A DNA stretch of 64,000 nt, from the NCBI GenBank assembly GCA_973895155.1, contig OZ316897.1:3254111-3318110 (forward strand), read 5' to 3'. The position numbers and the translations under genes were made by a program. The notes under the pieces were generated by a model. It made no database searches. It had not been told where the DNA came from and saw only the letters and a program-made list of their open reading frames with translations. The stretch is from Marsupella aquatica (Eukaryota > Plantae > Marchantiophyta). This document shows, one piece after another, positions 47,600 to 59,370 of the stretch (the first letter of the stretch is position 1; each line of letters opens with the position of its first letter).

Positions 47600-49719
47600 C
47601 TCCCACGCTAAGTTTCTAGAATAACCAAAATCTGTCCTGGTGACACGTATTTTCGATCGAGATCGTTTCAGACTTTCAGTGGCCGCGCGAACTGGTTTCG
47701 CAATGAACTTTTGACAGGTCATCATAATGGATTGTGTCTTGCCCTCCTTAGCATGATCGAGGAGGCTCGGAAGAAACCATATCTCATGGCAGATTCTAAA
47801 AGCAAGATGGACAGAAAGTACTGGCCAGGCAAGCACGGAGGCTGAAATTGCTGGAGGCTAGCCATGCTCCCTGTTGCTTTTTCCTGCACTGATTCACTGC
47901 GCTTGCTGTGGTTGTCTCTTGCGTGATGTCCTTCGTTCTGTGAGAGAATCAGGAGCACTGAAGGAATGACTTGTCATCCCCGAGTTACATATAGATTGGA
48001 ATCGAGAGGAGTTCTAAGAAGGTAATCCACTTGCATGCTCGCGACTTTTCATCGTGAACAGAGTGACAAATGTCATCCACAATCAACTTTCGATCACATC
48101 TAGAGTTTACTGTTCTTTGCCTACTGGAGGTATTACTCTTCGCAAGATTCTTTCCATGAGCAGCACGACTGCAGTCGATGAGAAGGGCCAGTCATTAGTC
48201 TCAATCAACATGGGCCCAAATCTAGATTTTTTTCTGAGAATTGTTACCCTTCAATTTGGTGAGAAGGCAGCCACTGCAGTGGCTATCGCTGTTGAGGACT
48301 TCCGTGATGGAAGGGTAAACCTGAATTGCTCCTTGGAAGTTGATCACTTAGACTTCTTGTGACTCAAGAGAGAAGGCAGGGCCATTGTGCTATATGCGGC
48401 ATTTCAGAAATCAAATGAGTTCGCTTCCTGTTTTCATGAGTAAATTAAACTTATCCTTAATGTAAAGGGGTCAAAACCAGGGCCAGATTCCCTATTTGGT
48501 TTTTCTATTTGGTTGTTCAGTGTGTTTCCTAGTGTGTATTATTCTTCTTTATATCTCCATTAGTAAAATCTCCATTACTATTCCATGATCTCTCTAATTC
48601 TTGACAAATACTCTCAATGTTACACATTAAAAAGCTAGAGAGATTTAATGAAATGTCAAAGTTAGTTGCTCAAAAATTTTAAATATTGCAAAGTGTGGAG
48701 GGTGAATAATGAAACACTCCTTAAAAGTGTGTAACTCTCAATGTTCCTCATGAAAAGTAGAGATATTGAATTTTTGAAGAATGTTTTTATGTAGTGTCTA
48801 ACAAGCCCAAGAAGAGCAAATTCAGTTGGACATCAACTTAGGAGATGTTGAACGTCAAACTTTGTAAGGAAAAGTTATGGAGACTAGGAGGGTATCAATA
48901 AGTGAAGGTGTACAAGGAGCCAGAGTCCATGGGATTGCATGGGAGAATCCAGGGGACAATCATTTTCAAATATTCAAACATAACCATTTTATTATTGTGG
49001 ACGACAATACACTACCGGGTACTCTACTGCTGGTAGTTTACATATACAAGTCCAGTGCCAGTGCATTGCACAATTGTCATTCGAGTCATTTCATTGTTGT
49101 GGCCATTCATAGTTGTGATCAATTTGTCATTGTGTTCATTTTATGCTTGCAGCCATTGTGCCATTGGTCAATGATGGTGTTGCAAAAAAGAATTTTGGAT
49201 TTAATGTTGATGTAGGAATAGAAAAATAATAACTTTGTTCTCCTCTCAATAGACTTTAAATTCTTTTTAGCTCTTTTATAAATCATTTTTTCAACTCAAA
49301 ATTGTGTATTGTTCTCTTCTATCCTTATGTGTTATTTAATTGTGGCAATCATGTCCAAATGTTTTTAAATGTAATGCGGGTCTAGTTTAAATTTATTGTC
49401 AGACCCACCTACCCACAATAGCCACATGTCAACTCAACAGTCAATATGGAATGACCCTGAAATTGGAATCTTCTATGGATGTCACTGCATGGGTCTAGGT
49501 GTGGATGGAGGTGCATATATGCCACAAGCTAGGATTTTGCTCTTTATTATCCTTTTCACCAAATCTCATCGCTAGGAAAATTTAAGCTTTGAATCCAACA
49601 CCGATAATGAATTCCCTCCAAAAATGCATTTTGTAAGCAGACTATGAGAGAAAAAAGGCAGCAATTGTATATTATAGTGTTTAGATGTTTAGATTAGATA
49701 TTCACACTACCAAAGATCA

Positions 49720-50095
49720 AAGTGCGCCTAATGGGGAGAAGGATCCCAAAGGCAGGCCCAACAAAGTGGAGAAACTAGGGGAAATACCAGGAAGACCAAA
49801 TAACAAAATGCTCCAAAGACGATCCCAAGGCAGACCCAAAAAAGGGGATAGATCAAGGGGCAAAATACCAGGATCCCTAAGAACAAAATGCACCAAAATG
49901 GGAGAAGGAGGCAGACCCACTAAAGGAGAGAGAACCAGACAAAAAAACCAAGGAAGATCAAAGAACACAATGCTCCAAATTGGCAGAAGAAGGGAAATGA
50001 ATAAGAGTATGTTGCCAAATGGGGAGAAGATCCCAAAGATAGACCCAATAAAGGGGCCACAAGCCCACAACAAGGCAACAATGGGGGAAATCAGG
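49720..50095. repeat. Purine-rich degenerate repeat tract upstream of CYP97C
   Basis: Recurring atgggga(g)aag..atcccaaag, ggcagaccca and aaataccagga..acaaaatgc.ccaaa motifs. Confidence 0.55.
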
Positions 50096-50521
50096 ATTGC
50101 CCAAAATCACGATATAGCTTTCTGTCCTCAGCCAGCGATTGACTCCCTCATCTGGCGAATGGCAGCCGAGCAGCACAATCCGTTCCCCCAAGCACCTGAG
50201 ATGCACTGGTAGCCAACAAGCCAATTCAGAAGCGGCCCGCCACCATCATCCCTCTGCTGGACCAACAATTCCTTATCACTGCGCCGAACAGAGGTACTGC
50301 CAATCCCCTACATTGAATTTCTCTACTTACTACCAACAATGAAAACTACCCTTTGATGAATTGAAAACTCTGTTGGCCTCGTGATCCACAATGCCGGGAA
50401 GCTCGTCAGTCGTTGATGTTGTGGGACTTGGAAACTCTGTAGGATTTTGGGTGGCTCTTGTTTCTCACTTTTCTTGTTGCTTCGGGAAAATTTGCAGCTC
50501 TTCGCATTTCCGGAAGCCACA

Positions 50522-53500
50522 ATGCTGCTGTCTGCGAAGAGCATGCTGAGGCCGAGGGCAGTGGAGCACTCAGTTTTGAGCGGCAGACATTCGAGCTTGG
50601 TGAACGAGGCAGAATTCCCCTGCTCAAGAGCGCATTGTGGGAGTGTTGGAATTCGCAAGAGTTCGTCCTGCAGGACGAGCCACTTTGCCTTCTCGAGCAG
50701 TTCCCAGAGGAGTGTTGTCTGCCATGCAGTGGAGAACGGAAGAGGAGGAGGAGGGGAGAAGGAAGAGAAGAATGAGGAGGAGGGGACGGCGCTGTCCTGG
50801 GTGAGCCCAGACTGGCTGACAGGACTGGTGCAGGTGCTGAAGGGCAAGGATGAGTCTGGGATTCCAATAGCTGATGCCCAATTGGAGGATGTGAAGGATC
50901 TGTTGGGCGGGGCTCTGTTTCTGCCTCTGTTCAAGTGGATGAAGGAGTCCGGGCCAATCTACCGGCTGGCTGCAGGTCCCAGGAACTTTGTCATTATTAG
51001 TGATCCTACTATGGCCAAGCATGTGCTCAGAGCTTACGGAACCACTTATGCGAAGGGGCTAGTGGCAGAGGTTGCGGAGTTTTTGTTCGGGTCGGGCTTT
51101 GCAATTGCAGAAGGGGAGCTTTGGAAGGTGAGAGTTCTCTTCAATTTCACGCCCAATTTACGTCTAGTTTTTGTAAGATAATTACCTGTCAAGACTTGCT
51201 GGGACTGGAAATGATAATGCGCAAGAACATAATAAAAGGTCACTGAGGTGCAAACAGCAAGTGAAATGCCACGCCTCAGGGACAGATATCTCTGTGGAAA
51301 ATCGAATCTATAAACATTCCACAATCTCAACGCCAGTTTGAACCCAAGATTGAATGCGTTTAAATATTATGCTCTCAATTTTATTTTGAACTTTGTTAGC
51401 ATTGAAACTTATGCCTCAATCATGCCTCCCTCCTCTGGTCTTTTGGACGGCGATTTCTCTTCAGTTTTTACGATCGTATCGTAATTGGGAGAGAGGCTAC
51501 GCTTTTGTAAATTGGTTCACTTAATTACTGGCACTAAGAAAGTATTAGGGCATGAGCGCAACGACGGTCATTGAGGTCCCTCATTTGTGCCATGAACTCA
51601 TTTGAATTCATTTAAATGCCATTAGTTGAAGCCAATTGTGGATTTTCAAAGCATTTAATGCTAAACTTCAGATATATTCCGGCGACGTAATTGGCTTCAG
51701 AGCTCAGGTCGTAAAATGCTTGAAGCACAATCGACACAAGAGGCAAGTTGCCCTGTGCCAGATGGAAATTAAATCCTTTCGGAACTCAAATTGTTGGAAG
51801 CCACGAAATAGTCAATGCAGGGTCCTTTACAGTACACTACTAAGCGACTGGAGTGGCCAAAATTTCCTCTACCATTTATGTGCTCTGCAAAAAATTCGAT
51901 ACTATCAAACCTCAAATTTGAAGTTCTAGGCGAATATTTCGTGGTATCGTCCGGTTTGAATTTTCAAGGAACCTGAACATGCTTTGATTTGTGACAGATT
52001 CGCAGAAGGGCAGTATTGCCATCTCTTCATCGGGCTTATCTATCAACTATGGTAGACCGTGTGTTTTGTAGATGTGCCGAAAGGCTCGTCAAGACATTGG
52101 AGGCGGCTGCTGAGAAAGGGACTGCCGTAAACCTAGAAGCCAGGTTCTCTCAATTGACACTCGATGTCATAGGATTGTCAGTCTTCAACTATGAGTTCGA
52201 TTCTCTCACCAGCGATAGTCCTGTTATCGAGGCAGTCTACACAGCTCTGAAAGAGACTGAGTTGAGGGCCACCGACATTTTGCCTTACTGGCAGGTTCCT
52301 CTGCTCTGCAAAATAGTTCCGAGGCAACAGAAAGCTGCCAAGGCTGTGGCACTGATTCAGGAGACAGTTGAGAGTTTAGTTTTGAAATGCAAAGCCATCG
52401 TCGAGGCTGAAGGAGAGCGCTTGGAAGGGGAAGAATATGTCAATGAAGCGGACCCAAGTGTTCTTCGGTTTCTCTTGGCAAGCCGTGAAGAGGTAAGTCC
52501 ATGTATTAAGCTGGATATCTGAAGGTTCCGGATGGCCCACTATTCTTTCTACAACCTCTTTTTGTTTGAAAATTTGTGTCTAAGCAGACGTTTTGGATTT
52601 CCATCAGTTGCGGAAAGCCTTCTTGGCAAATATTGCACCAATCTCGTAAAGGTTCATCCAAGCAGAGCTGTTAAGAGCTAGCACTTAAACACCCTTACTG
52701 CTACATAGCTTCTCAAAACTGATGCCATCCAAGAACGTAGGACGACCTCCTTGGTTCATGGCTTCGTAAATCAGGAAGGCTCGTTCTTTCTTTTGGTCTA
52801 GTTAACATCACTGGCTTGTCAACCAATTTGTATTTTCTTTTCCTTCCACCATACACTTTGTCTGAATTTGCATTGAGCATTATTCTATCCTGCGTCATCC
52901 AAAAAAATTCGATATTGCAGGTTTCCAGTGCTCAATTACGAGATGATCTTCTTTCCATGCTTGTAGCTGGGCACGAGACAACTGGCTCTGTTCTGACCTG
53001 GACTGTGTATCTTCTGAGCAAGGTTAGTTAGCTTCCTTGGATTTTCAATTTTTTAATTCTTGTGGACCACCTGGTCGTTGAAATGGTGCTTACTTTTTGA
53101 GTTTCATGGATATCAAGTCTTTACAATGTTTAATATGGGAGACATAGCTCACAGTCAAGTTGTTTTGAACCTTTATCGCTTGGCCCAGAACCCGGAAGTC
53201 TATGCCAAGCTGAAAGAAGAACTTGATCGAGTTCTTGGAGGTCGAAATCCAACATTTGCTGACGTAAAGGACTTAAAGTATCTGACGCGCTGCATTAACG
53301 AGTCTATGCGCTTGTACCCCCATCCTCCGGTATGTAAGCAATGGAAATCTTTCATTGCACTTTGGACATCTGAAGGGCATCCCGTTTTGGTTTGGTCCCT
53401 TGTTCGTACAGCCCGTTGAGTGGTTTCATGTGCGCCTTTAAGAAATTTTGAATGTTTCTCGGTACTGTTTTCCGTACTTTGTCATTCCAATAGTTTCACC

Positions 53501-55128
53501 TACCATTTCTAAGATGGGATATTTGCTTCTTATCCAATAAGACAAAATGCAGTACATGTCACATGCTTGTGTAGATTGATCGCCTGTGTCCTTATAGTGC
53601 AGTACTGCCCACCTTTTCAGCCAACACAAATTGAAAGTAGAGGGGGTTAGGGTAGTGTTTAAATTTCGTTTTGACAACCAGATGTCGACTAGTGAGCTCT
53701 ACTACTATGTGTTTCTCTAGTCTCTATCTAACCAAGTTTCTTCTTATATCGACCATTTGAAGTCTTGAATCTCTACAAGGAAATACGAAGTGGACTCAGA
53801 TGCTGGGATTTTAAATGGAACCACGCATCAGCTTGGGAGAGTTGTTTATACCTACACTGTAATATCTTATTCGTCCCATGCATGTTTAGGTGCTGATCAG
53901 ACGAGCACTGGAGCCAGACACATTACCTGGAGGCTACAAACTGGGCCCTGGCCAGGATGTGATGATATCTGTCTACAATATCCATCACTCACCAACGGTG
54001 AGCCTGCTCAGATTATCCCATTGAACGGGAGATTCTTGCACGACTTTTCCAAGTCTAGCTCGTTCTAAAATCCCGAACTTTCAGGCATGCATGACATGCT
54101 TATTGACGAACTCTGCCATGACAGTGGAAGGTTTATGGAAGAGAGTTTTAGAAGTTACTATTCTCAAGCTTGTTCAGCTCTTAGAATGCTCTGCCTCGAT
54201 CTTGTCTGTTGCAGGAACGAAAGTGAATTTCATACTTTTCATACGCAATTCACATACGTGGAACTCTCTCAAATTTCAGGTATGGGATCGAGCAGAAGAA
54301 TTTATACCAGAGCGATTTGAATTGGATGGACCTGTTCCAAATGAGAGTAATACTGACTTCAGGTATGTATCATACAATCCCTCAGGAGATTGGCATGATA
54401 AATAGAGACACTTTCACAAGGTTGTTCGTGTAAGTCGATGTGGATGTCATATCTATATTGATGAATTTCATTTGCAAACCACATCTTTCAGCTAATTACT
54501 TATGGAGGAGCTTTCAAGTTTGAACTCACGTGTATAACAAAATCTACCAGTGACATCTTCAAATGATATCTCGTATTTCTACGTGCAATGGGAAAACTAC
54601 AGCCCTACAGAGTGGACACACCGTGCCAAAGGCAACAAAAGAAGTAATTAAGCTCATGACCCATATCCATGTAATGACAGGTACATACCATTTAGTGGAG
54701 GACCACGCAAATGCGTTGGAGATCAGTTTGCGATGCTGGAGAGCATTGTTGCGTTGGCGGTTGTCCTGCAAAGATTTGACTTTCTATTAGTTCCAAATCA
54801 AACCATTGGCATGACCACTGGTGCAACCATCCACACAACTTCGGTGAGTTGAAGTAGTTAGAGTGAGTGATGGCATGGTTCGTCCTTTCTTTGTCCTATT
54901 GAACGTCACTAACTCGCTCTGAAAAAAGTAAGGTAAGGTCTTTCGAAAGGACTCTGTGGACCATATTTTGTTATGTTTGTTTTTGGAAGTAAAGGGCAAA
55001 GCCCACTTATTTTGTTATATGAAGCTAAATCATAACTTTAATGGGGAAAAATGTTGTGTTTCCAGGGACTTTACATGACAGTTGTGGACAGACAAAAAAC
55101 TCCTGCTCCAGAGCTTGCTACTGTATAA
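50522..55128 (+). CDS. LUT1: Cytochrome P450 CYP97C, carotenoid epsilon-ring hydroxylase, chloroplastic (8 coding exons)
   Basis: Transit peptide, [57 protein letters not shown], haem motif [24 protein letters not shown]. Exons approx. 50522-51127, 51998-52491, 52921-53022, 53189-53329, 53890-53997, 54280-54362, 54681-54843, 55066-55128. Confidence 0.95.
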
Positions 55129-56227
55129 TCAGTTGCTAGACTTCAACCAGACACTAGGCAATGTACATTTGTGCTGATACGGACGCACTCTGCCCCTCGT
55201 GCTTGACGGTATGTTTGAACTGATCTCAAGTTTTCTTAGAGCAAATTCTTCATGAAAACTGACTGAGCCGGTTGATTCTGATTTTGAACGATTCTGCATA
55301 TTGCAGGTCGTACGTAGATTCTCAAGGGTTTAGGAGATGTACAAGCTCATTGAAAGCTGAGAGGGATCTTGAGAAATGGTAAAGGGCCTCAAGAATAATT
55401 ATCGGCCAGTTGTATAACTGAATTTTTCATAATACATAAAGGGGCCAAAGTGGTTGTGTTGCAGAAGTTGGAGACGAGATTTTAACAGTCCCACCACGTC
55501 GCAAAACTGCAGCAGTGTTAAGGTCGTAACACAGTTTTGAAAACATGGCTGTGTTGGTTGTTACAGTTTTCATCACACGACAAGGAATCTTCTTTGGAGA
55601 CCCTCGGGACTGAAAAAATTAACTGTGTGGATGAGGAACCTGAGATTCTCTAGGCAGGCGTTTATTTCCAAGCCCCTTTGGTGTAAATCGTCTTGCTCTA
55701 ATAGTGTGATTCAACCTGACCGACCGAAAAAGGTAATTGCAGTAGCAAAGCGTGGACGCCTGGCTTGTTGCTGTTCTTTTTGAAAACATTATGGCACATG
55801 TGAGTGGTCTACCCTGTACTTTTCTAAAGGAAACCCTAACGACCTTGGTCATGTGTGTAACCCCCTCCTCTCTTCTTTCGTTTGTAGTTTCAGGGGAAGT
55901 CCCCAGCCGAAACCCCCCTCACCAGCCTGGCCTGGGGGTTCCAAGTCTCACAATCCCCTCCTAGCTTTGCTGAATCTCAAAATTTAATACTTTATATGGA
56001 AAGAGAGGTTCAGAGATTATGCATGCCAACCATGGCCTCTTTGAGCATTACAGCCTGATTACCCATTCTTTGAAGGCAAATAGAGATGAAGACAAACCAA
56101 AAAACCAACAAAAAATAATAATTTATGTGATTTCTATTTCATTTTTGTCCCATTCCTGTTTTTGACCCACCTTCATTTTCAATTTTGTCCTTATTGAGAA
56201 TTATCATCTAAAGTTTTCACTCTAGAT

Positions 56228-56430
56228 CATAGTCCTGGGAAATAGGTGTTTTATTACTGAACAACCCCCCTACACATAATTGCAGAAGACCATAGTCCTG
56301 CGCTTTATTACTGAAAACAACCACCCCTACAAATAATTGGAGAAGACCATAGTCCTGGGAAATAGCTTTGCCTCATGCTTTATTACTAAAATAACCCCCT
56401 GCACATAATTGGAGAATGAGGGCCCACAGT
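56228..56430 (+). promoter_or_regulatory. ATP11 proximal promoter: three ~60-70-bp tandem units followed by a TCP/site II-type element GGGCCCAC (56420-56427)
   Basis: catagtcctg..ttattact..accccc..ataattg(c/g)agaa x3. GGGCCCAC lies ~170 bp before the ATG; site II-type motifs are common in plant nuclear genes for mitochondrial proteins. Confidence 0.45.
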
Positions 56431-56593
56431 GAGGGCCGCATGGAACCGGCCCCTTAATAAAACATCCGTAACGGCCCGAAGTTACGAGAGAAGGGAACAA
56501 TTTCGTTCACAGCGATTTGCTCGGAAGACCGAAGTCCGAATTCACTCTTTCTCCTTCTCTGCCCCTCTCATCAAGCTTTCCTTCGCAGTCGCG

Positions 56594-58547
56594 ATGGTGC
56601 GGTCCTCCGCCATCCGGCTCGTGCGCCACCTCTACGCTCGCCTTCCCACTGCTTCCTCTGCAGCAGCGCTCCCCTCCCTCTCCCATCCAAACATTTCTTC
56701 TTCACCTCCATCGCCATTGTCGTGGTCTCGCCGAGCTCCTCTTTTCCATGGATGCGAAACTCGCTCCAACAACAACGATGCTGCCACCTCGTCGTCGTCT
56801 CCCGGGTTCTCCCTCCGCCGCGGATACTCGGCTTTCGCGAGCGGGTACTCGGCTCTCACTCGCAAGACTCTGGACTCGATCCTGAAGCTGGAGAGCGCCA
56901 AGGATGCGTCGCCGGAAGACCTCACCACGATCTGGAACGAGGTAATGAGATTTCCGACCGCTGGGATCTAGTTGCTACGGTATGCTGAGAACTGATATTT
57001 CTATGACGTCGATGCGAAGGACGCAGCGTGTTCTATGAGAGAGTCGGGTTGATTGTGGATGATACGTATTTTAGGTCGTGCCTCTTTCTTAGCGGTAGGC
57101 TTGTTTGGATTATGGCGGACTCATGCATGCCCAGCTACTAAGATTTTAGCTAGCAGGAAGTTTGCTTGAGCTGAAATCCAGGAAAACCTGTATTGATTAA
57201 AAACAGAGTCTCGGACAACATCAGAACGTTCTCTTATTTCGTTGTGATGGAATTTTCTCCCATTCCATATTTGGATACGGTACCTCTCTGGAATTGCAGT
57301 TCCAGGAGCTGTGAAATAAATTCGTGTACGGCCTAGTTGTCTTTATGGAAGGAGGCGAGGAAGAGCAGAAGTTTAAAATGAAGAACACTTCATTGATAGA
57401 AGAACCCTTCATTGATATATATTTATCATTAGATGGTTGTCATGAATTTCTTAGTCCTCACGAAAGTTATGTCTCTGGTTGGCAGTATCACATAGGGAGA
57501 GGGCACATCAGTGCTGTTATGGGAAGTCAACTGTTTGATTTATTGCAGCAAAGAGCAAGTTCTTGGTACCTATCTGACCGTTTTGTTCCATACACATGCT
57601 CTATTTGACTCGTTTAAGCGTCCGTGTTCTTGCGACAGTGGTCAGGTGCATTATAGGTGGAATTCAATGCCATCGTGCTTTCGATTACTTTAGCACTTCA
57701 CACTCGTTGAGATTGATTCGACCCTTGTTGGCACACAGGATTTAACTGCTAAGCCGTGCTTCATTTTCGTGTGGAGAGAATGTGCATTTGATGACTGTGC
57801 TTCGGATGCTGCAGCCCCCTTTTTGTTATACCTGTGCGCCGCGGACTAGGCTACATCACACTTCTTTTGCAAGGTCTGTATGTAAATCAAAGCTTTGAAA
57901 AGCGCATATTTCCACGGAGAGGGGGAACGTAAGAGAAGTTTAATGCAGGGATTACCCACATGTAGCTTTCGTATCCGATTTGTTCAATTCCAGATTAAGG
58001 CTTATAAGAGTGGGTTCTCGGGATATTTCTCTCCAGAACGATCATATTTCCATTGTAGTCCAGTATTCTAATTCCCTGTTTTGGTGGAACAGCACAGATG
58101 CCGTACCTGCTGTTCACTAGTCTTGATGACTACAGAGCGCGAGGGTCCGATGCAACACCATTCCTTACAGTCACTCACTACACGGAATTTTCAGAAACTA
58201 AAGGATTGGTGCTAATCCGTGGTGATGTGGTACTTACTAGCAAGTTGTCGGATAAAGAGGTGCGCTCGCTTTCGTCCTATTGGGCTTCAGTTTGGACTTT
58301 TGTTGAGTTCAGCAGATGTTTCGAAATTCTAGAGCAGCTCCTTGCAGTTAAAGTCTCCACACCACTGGTGGAGGATGAATGGACGAGCTGACAGTTTTGC
58401 GTTTTTCTGTAGGCGAGAACTGCATTAGAGGCTGCCCATTCTTTCTATATCAATACCTCCAGATACAGGCTCGTAACACGTTTTAATAAGGACAGCCAGG
58501 AGTTTGAATTCAGGGACGTCCTAAGAGAGCTCAACATATCTGCTTGA
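56594..58547 (+). CDS. ATP11: Mitochondrial F1-ATPase assembly factor ATP11 (5 exons)
   Basis: Mitochondrial presequence, LDSILKLE..IWNE|YHIGRGHI, PLFVIPV, MPYLLFTSLDDY, HYTEFSETKGLVLIRGDVV, AHSFY, FEFRDVL. TGA at 58545-58547. Confidence 0.9.
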
Positions 58548-59159
58548 CCTTGAATATCCTTGAATATCATAGAGGGACCCACAGTTAGTGACTCATTATT
58601 CACCAGAGCGGCACTTTCGTCATTGAAGTTAGTCATCTCTGATGATTTCACTGCCGAGCTGATCAATTTGACTTAACCTGTCGACATTGGGCAGGATGAT
58701 GCTATCGGCCTACGTTCACCCAAAGTAGGTCATGGAGAGACTACCTTAGAGTCGGTGCGAGAGGCTTGCGGGGGATCCTTCTGAAGGACCTCGGATCGAA
58801 AATATTCTATTGATGGGGACATTTGTGTAACTTTTGGAAGTCAAAACGATGGAGAAGGTGACTCCCAAAGATTGAAAGAGACCTCCGGTCGAGACCCTTA
58901 CATAACGAATATACCATTTTTCAGGCGAACCCTTTTGAACGGCTCTACTTTGAGGCCAACAGGACGCCAGAGGACTCCTGGCCATTGGTGGCCGTGACAA
59001 ATGTGAAATGCTCGGTTCAGAAATGGTGTGTCCATTGGCATCTCAAAACCAGAGGATGAGTTCTCCTTATCGCTTTGGGTGAATGGAGGCCGACAACATC
59101 ATCCTGTTATTCCTGCTCTACACTCGGCACCTGATGCTTTAGGACAACATTCCATTCTC

Positions 59160-59370
59160 GGTAAGGATTGTTACATACGTTTACTAGTGTATGTCTGGGT
59201 GGGACTTACAACCAAGACAGTTCATGTAAGTGGTGTGTGACTATCAGAAATGTAAAGTTTGTAATGTTATAGAGCGTGGTGTCTATTCAGGATTGTCACA
59301 TCCATCAAGTAGTGTATGGGTGGGACTTACATCCAAGAAAGTTCATTGCAAGCGGTGTGTGACAATCCTC
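59160..59370. repeat. Imperfect direct repeat pair
   Basis: tagtgtatg..gggtgggacttaca.ccaaga.agttcat..aag.ggtgtgtgac.atc at ~59185 and ~59310. Confidence 0.75.

Noticed and set aside
49685-50212. 175-aa K/G/R/P-rich ORF
   Set aside because: It arises from a degenerate purine-rich repeat tract and has no recognisable domain.
15436-58547. A multi-gene biosynthetic cluster (dehydrogenase + NRPS-like gene + P450)
   Set aside because: The P450 is clearly the plastid carotenoid hydroxylase CYP97C and the dehydrogenase is mitochondrial valine-catabolism HIBADH. Both are conserved primary-metabolism genes in different compartments, so adjacency is probably incidental.
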